Assembly (NCBI GenBank): GCA_902763185.1
Contig: CACWQT010000001.1
Coordinates: forward strand, 74,722 to 138,721
Source: an uncultured Rhodospirillales bacterium
GTDB taxonomy: Bacteria > Pseudomonadota > Alphaproteobacteria > RF32 > CAG-239
Reading direction: 5' to 3'
DNA: 64,000 nucleotides
Shown: piece by piece, positions 59,632 through 64,000 of the stretch
Numbering within the stretch: position 1 is the stretch's first letter
How the letters are laid out: the number at the start of each line of letters is the position of its first letter
The notes under the pieces: generated by a model
Databases searched by the model: none
What the model was told of the DNA's origin: nothing
What the model saw: the letters and a program-made list of their open reading frames with translations, nothing else
Made by a program: the position numbers and the translations under genes

Positions 59632-62600
59632 ATGAAAGACCCTAAGTTTGTGCATCTAAGAGTTCATACAGCCTATTCTTTGGCTGAAGGGGCAATTATG
59701 CTTCCGACTTTAATTCATAAATTGCATGATATGGGGGTGCCGACAATTGCTGTTACTGATACATCAAATATGTTTGGTGGAAAAGCTTTTTCCAAATATG
59801 CGGCAGATGAGGGTATTAAGCCTATTTTAGGGTGTCAATTCTTATTAAGAAATGCAGATTCTGATGATATTATGCTCTCAAAAGGGCGAGAGTTAGAGCC
59901 GGATAAGATTGTTTTATTAGTGATGAATGCCGAAGGGTATAGCAATATAATGAAGCTAATGAAGCGTTTTTATTTGGATAATACAGAAAAAGGTTGGGCT
60001 CCGCAGCTGACTTTGCAAAATTTAGAAGATTTTAACGGCGGATTGATTGCTTTAACAGGTGGTGTTGAAGGCACAATCGGGCGATTATTATTAGAAAATC
60101 GCAAACAGGAAGCAGATAGTTTTGCTCAAAAGCTAAAAGATATTTTTCAAGACAGACTTTATATGGAAATTTCTCGTTTGGGAATTGATAAGGAGCAGCA
60201 AACAGAAGATGCTTTTATAGATATTGCTTATCGGTATAATATTCCTTTAGTGGCAACAAACGAGGTTTTCTTTTTAGATGAAAGTATGTATGAAGCACAT
60301 GATGCGCTTGTTTGTATATCTGCCGGAGAGTATGTATCTAATGAGAATCGGCGCAAATTTTCCATCAACAATCGATTGCGTTCAGAAGATGAAATGGTGG
60401 AGTTGTTTTCAGATTTGCCTGAAGCAGTAGAAAATACGGTAAACATTGCTAAAAGGTGCAACTATCTTTCTAAAAAAGTGGACCCGTTATTGCCAATATT
60501 TGAGTGTCCGGAAGGAAAAACGCAAGACGAGTTTATTACGGAAGAAGCTTACAACGGCTTAAATGAAAGACTTCAAAAAAATGTTTATTTTGAAGGGATG
60601 ACGGAAGAACAAAAAGCAGATATAGATGAGCGCTATTATGCGCGCTTGGAATATGAGCTTAGTGTTATCAAAAAAATGGGATTCCCCGGGTATTTTCTTA
60701 TCGTTTCGGATTTTATTAAGTGGTCTAAAGGGCATGGTGTGCCGGTGGGGCCGGGGCGTGGTTCGGGTGCCGGTTCTATTGTGGCGTGGTCATTAAAGGT
60801 AACAGAATTAGATCCGTTAAAATTGGATTTGCTGTTTGAGCGTTTTTTGAATCCGGAGCGCGTTAATATGCCGGACTTTGATGTGGATTTTTGTCAAGAG
60901 AATCGGTATAAAACCATTGAATATGTGCAAGAGAAATACGGTTTTGACCATGTGGCGCAAATTATTACTTATGGTAAGTTACAATCTAAAGCAGTTATAC
61001 GCGATGTGGCGCGTGTGTTGCAGATGCCGTATTCTCAGGCTGATAAAATTTCTAAAATGATACCTGCCGGAGCACAAGGTAAGAATCCAACTTTGCCAGA
61101 GGCTTTGGAGCAGGTGCCGGAATTGGAAGAAATGCGGCAGAGTGACCCGCAGGTTAATAAACTTTTTGAAATAGCAATTAAGCTTGAGGGATTATATCGT
61201 AATTCAGGTATGCACGCGGCAGGTGTTGTTATCGGTGACAGACCATTAGAAGAGTTAGTTCCGCTATATAAAGATCCGCGGGCGGATATGCCTGTTACCA
61301 TGTATGATATGAAGTATGTTGAAGAAACCGGTTTAATTAAATTTGACTTTTTGGGGCTTAAAACATTAACGGTTATTCAGCGTGCGGTGGATTGGATTAA
61401 AAGAGCACAAGGTATTGATTTGGATATGGAAACAGTGCCACTTGATGATGCTGAGACGTATAAAATGTTACAGGAAGGCAAAACGACTGCAGTTTTCCAA
61501 TTTGAATCAGCCGGTATGAAGGACGTGCATAAGCAGATTAAGCCGGACCGTTTTGAAGATTTAATTGCTATTGTGTCGCTTTATCGTCCGGGGCCAATGG
61601 ATAATATTCCGACGTTTATTAAGCGTAAACATGGTGAAGAAGAAATTACCTATCTTCATCCGAAATTAGAGCCGATATTAAAAGAAACATACGGTATTAT
61701 GGTTTACCAAGAGCAAGTGATGATGATTGCACGAGAGCTTGGCGGTTATACCATGGGCGGCGCGGATAAACTTCGTAAAGTTATGGGTAAGAAAATGCGA
61801 GATGAAATACCAAAGCAACGCGCAATGTTTACCGAGGGTGCAATAAAGAATGGTATTGATGAAGATGTTGCTAAGAGTATTTTTGATCAGATGGAAAAAT
61901 TTGCTTCTTACGGGTTTAATAAGTCTCACGCGGCGGCATATTCTTTGGTTTCGTATCATACGGCATATTTGAAGGCTCATTTTCCGGTGGAATTTATGTG
62001 TGCGGTAATGGACTTGGATATTACAAATACAGATAAATTAGCCGGATTTAAGGCAGAATGTAAAGTTTTGGGTATAGAAGTCTTAAAGCCGGATGTAAAT
62101 GAATCCTTGGCAAAATTTAGTGTGCAAGACGGCAAATTGCGATATGCTTTAGGGGCAATTAAAGGTGTTGGTGAAGCCAATATGAATGCGATTGTTGAGG
62201 CTCGCGAAAAAGGTGGTAAATTTAAGGATATTTCGGACTTTATTAATCGAGTTGATGCTAAACAGCTTAATCGTAAACAATTAGAGCAACTGATTAAAGC
62301 TGGTGCTTTTGACAGTATTGAAAAGAAAAGAGGCAAACTTTTTGCCAATATCGAGTTAATCTTAAAAAATATTTCTTCGGCAACAGAGTTAAAAACCAGT
62401 GTACAGAGTTCTTTGTTTGGTGCAGAAGAATTTTCATCTAAAGTGAAATTAGCAGATGCGCCGGATTGGCCGGAATTGGAAAAACTGCGTTTGGAGGCAG
62501 GGGCTATCGGTTTTTATCTTTCTGCGCATCCGTTGGATATTTATGCGGACAGTCTTCAAAAACTGGGTGTTAAAAATTGTCAGAACGTTATGGCAAATAT

Positions 62601-63105
62601 TAAGGTCGGGGATAGTATTAAGGCAAATATTGCCGGATGTGTAGAGAGTTTTCAAAAGAGATTGAGTAAAAATGGTAATAAATATGCATTTCTTAAGTTA
62701 TCTGATACAACAGGTGAATTTGAGGGAATGATGTTTTCTGATGCTTTGGCAAAATATGAAGAAGTTATTTTGTCCGGTGTGCCGTTGTTGGTTAAAGTTA
62801 CTATCAATAAACAATCAGAAGAGGAAAATCCGCGTATTATGATAAATAGCGTGCAAACGTTAGATCAAGCTGTAGCCGAACAAGCCAGCGGATTGATTAT
62901 TGAAGTGGATAATGTTGTGGCGGTTTCAGAAATAAAGAAAATATTATATACTGATAAACGAGGTGTTAACAAAGTTTATTTAGAACCAATAATAGATGAT
63001 TGGGATGTTCGGATAGAACTTGATGGTGGTTTTGCCTTTGCTGATAGTATGATGTTAACGAGGCTTAAAAGCATTCCGGGTGTGTCATCCGTTAAAGAAA
63101 TTTAA
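59632..63105 (+). CDS. dnaE: DNA polymerase III alpha subunit
   Basis: 1157 aa, PHP domain N-terminus, GFPGYFLIV, PDFDVDFC catalytic motifs. Confidence 0.95.
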   Translation: MKDPKFVHLRVHTAYSLAEGAIMLPTLIHKLHDMGVPTIAVTDTSNMFGGKAFSKYAADEGIKPILGCQFLLRNADSDDIMLSKGRELEPDKIVLLVMNAEGYSNIMKLMKRFYLDNTEKGWAPQLTLQNLEDFNGGLIALTGGVEGTIGRLLLENRKQEADSFAQKLKDIFQDRLYMEISRLGIDKEQQTEDAFIDIAYRYNIPLVATNEVFFLDESMYEAHDALVCISAGEYVSNENRRKFSINNRLRSEDEMVELFSDLPEAVENTVNIAKRCNYLSKKVDPLLPIFECPEGKTQDEFITEEAYNGLNERLQKNVYFEGMTEEQKADIDERYYARLEYELSVIKKMGFPGYFLIVSDFIKWSKGHGVPVGPGRGSGAGSIVAWSLKVTELDPLKLDLLFERFLNPERVNMPDFDVDFCQENRYKTIEYVQEKYGFDHVAQIITYGKLQSKAVIRDVARVLQMPYSQADKISKMIPAGAQGKNPTLPEALEQVPELEEMRQSDPQVNKLFEIAIKLEGLYRNSGMHAAGVVIGDRPLEELVPLYKDPRADMPVTMYDMKYVEETGLIKFDFLGLKTLTVIQRAVDWIKRAQGIDLDMETVPLDDAETYKMLQEGKTTAVFQFESAGMKDVHKQIKPDRFEDLIAIVSLYRPGPMDNIPTFIKRKHGEEEITYLHPKLEPILKETYGIMVYQEQVMMIARELGGYTMGGADKLRKVMGKKMRDEIPKQRAMFTEGAIKNGIDEDVAKSIFDQMEKFASYGFNKSHAAAYSLVSYHTAYLKAHFPVEFMCAVMDLDITNTDKLAGFKAECKVLGIEVLKPDVNESLAKFSVQDGKLRYALGAIKGVGEANMNAIVEAREKGGKFKDISDFINRVDAKQLNRKQLEQLIKAGAFDSIEKKRGKLFANIELILKNISSATELKTSVQSSLFGAEEFSSKVKLADAPDWPELEKLRLEAGAIGFYLSAHPLDIYADSLQKLGVKNCQNVMANIKVGDSIKANIAGCVESFQKRLSKNGNKYAFLKLSDTTGEFEGMMFSDALAKYEEVILSGVPLLVKVTINKQSEEENPRIMINSVQTLDQAVAEQASGLIIEVDNVVAVSEIKKILYTDKRGVNKVYLEPIIDDWDVRIELDGGFAFADSMMLTRLKSIPGVSSVKEI

Positions 63106-63116
63106 GGAGTAGAAAT

Positions 63117-63923
63117 ATGGGTTTTTCTAGTGTATTTGGTCGGGATAAAAAGACTGCTAACGATATAACGTTTGTGGAATGTCTTTCTTATCCGGTAACA
63201 TCGATTGTAGAGAATTTTAAGGATTTTTTTATTTTATCAGGTGTTGTTTCTTTAGTTGTTTCTTTAGTTACATTTTTAAGCGGGCGCGGCTTTTTTTGTA
63301 GTTTGCAAATAGGTTCTTTTTGCTATCATAACGGATATATGATGATAATTTCCTGTTTAATTAATCTTTATGGTATGGCTTTTTTTATCAACAGATGGCA
63401 AATGGTTGTTAATCAGAAAAAAAGAGGTTTAGAAGCTCTTTGTGAAAAAAGTTTTGCCAAAGATATGAAAGCGCTTGGCGTTCTGTTGCTTTATTTTCTT
63501 TTTTGGGGAATTATCTCTGGGTGCGCAATGGCTCTCAAGCAGAGAGTTGTAACTGAAAATGTCAGTTTGGAATTGGGATATTTTGTTGTTTTTTCAGGTA
63601 TAATTATTTTTTGTTTACTTTTGTTGCTCAATTTTGTCGGGTTTTATCATTATTTACACGGTGGTGAATTTTTTACGCTTCATAAGACAATCGGCAAAAG
63701 TTGTGATAATTTATATACGCTTGTTACTGTTTTCTTTATTTATATGCTGATTTTTGTTTTTCTTCTTTTTCGTGGTGAGGGGTTTTTTAGAGGATATTTG
63801 GAATATGGTGTTATAGTAGAGTTTTTGAGTGAATTTTATCTCTATTTTATTTTTTGTACGATATTGTCTGTGTTTGTCGGTTCTTTCGAATATCAGGAAA
63901 AAAAGTTATTTACGGCAAAATAA
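63117..63923 (+). CDS. hypothetical polytopic membrane protein
   Basis: Multiple hydrophobic segments, no recognisable motif. Confidence 0.45.
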   Translation: MGFSSVFGRDKKTANDITFVECLSYPVTSIVENFKDFFILSGVVSLVVSLVTFLSGRGFFCSLQIGSFCYHNGYMMIISCLINLYGMAFFINRWQMVVNQKKRGLEALCEKSFAKDMKALGVLLLYFLFWGIISGCAMALKQRVVTENVSLELGYFVVFSGIIIFCLLLLLNFVGFYHYLHGGEFFTLHKTIGKSCDNLYTLVTVFFIYMLIFVFLLFRGEGFFRGYLEYGVIVEFLSEFYLYFIFCTILSVFVGSFEYQEKKLFTAK

Positions 63924-64000
63924 GGTTTTAATTTCTTCATTAGAAATAAGGGCAAAAATTTCTTCTAAGTGAGCGTCTATCAGCATTTTTGTAGCGATGT

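Overview
Low-GC (~33-35% by eye) chromosomal segment from an alphaproteobacterium. The synteny looks like a reduced-genome, host-associated Rhizobiales-like lineage: tyrS/anmK are divergent, coaE-dnaQ are adjacent, the block rho-mnmE-mnmG-rsmG-parA-parB is present, an ialB-family gene is nearby, tolQRA is present, and a short HprK is encoded. Coding density is high: about 50 housekeeping and envelope genes. No tRNA/rRNA, IS element, CRISPR or prophage signal is visible. The most notable structure is around the parAB partition locus at 35.6-45.5 kb. Canonical 16-bp parS palindromes (TGTTTCACGTGAAACA) are embedded in-frame in rsmG, mnmG, mnmE and an inserted orphan ORF. Interleaved with them is a second, unexplained family of 19-bp near-palindromes (TTTAAATACRSYGTTTAAA, at least 7 full and 3 partial copies). 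Intragenic copies sit in the only open reading frame, encoding LN[TS][VL]FK, and other copies supply or abut stop codons at 3' gene ends (FKY[GS]V*). Other noteworthy items: a 445-aa orphan ORF with its own strong promoter breaks mnmG-mnmE synteny; a Bat-like aerotolerance operon carries a roughly 190-aa Q/N-rich prion-like linker; an atypical OmpR-family regulator is translationally coupled to an outer-membrane barrel gene where tolB-pal would be expected; purF is missing after cvpA and is replaced by a GT2/acetyltransferase/SGNH cassette; a GldA-like ATPase sits next to a giant fused GldF-GldG-DUF4340 permease; and two GT-C glycosyltransferase genes are convergent.
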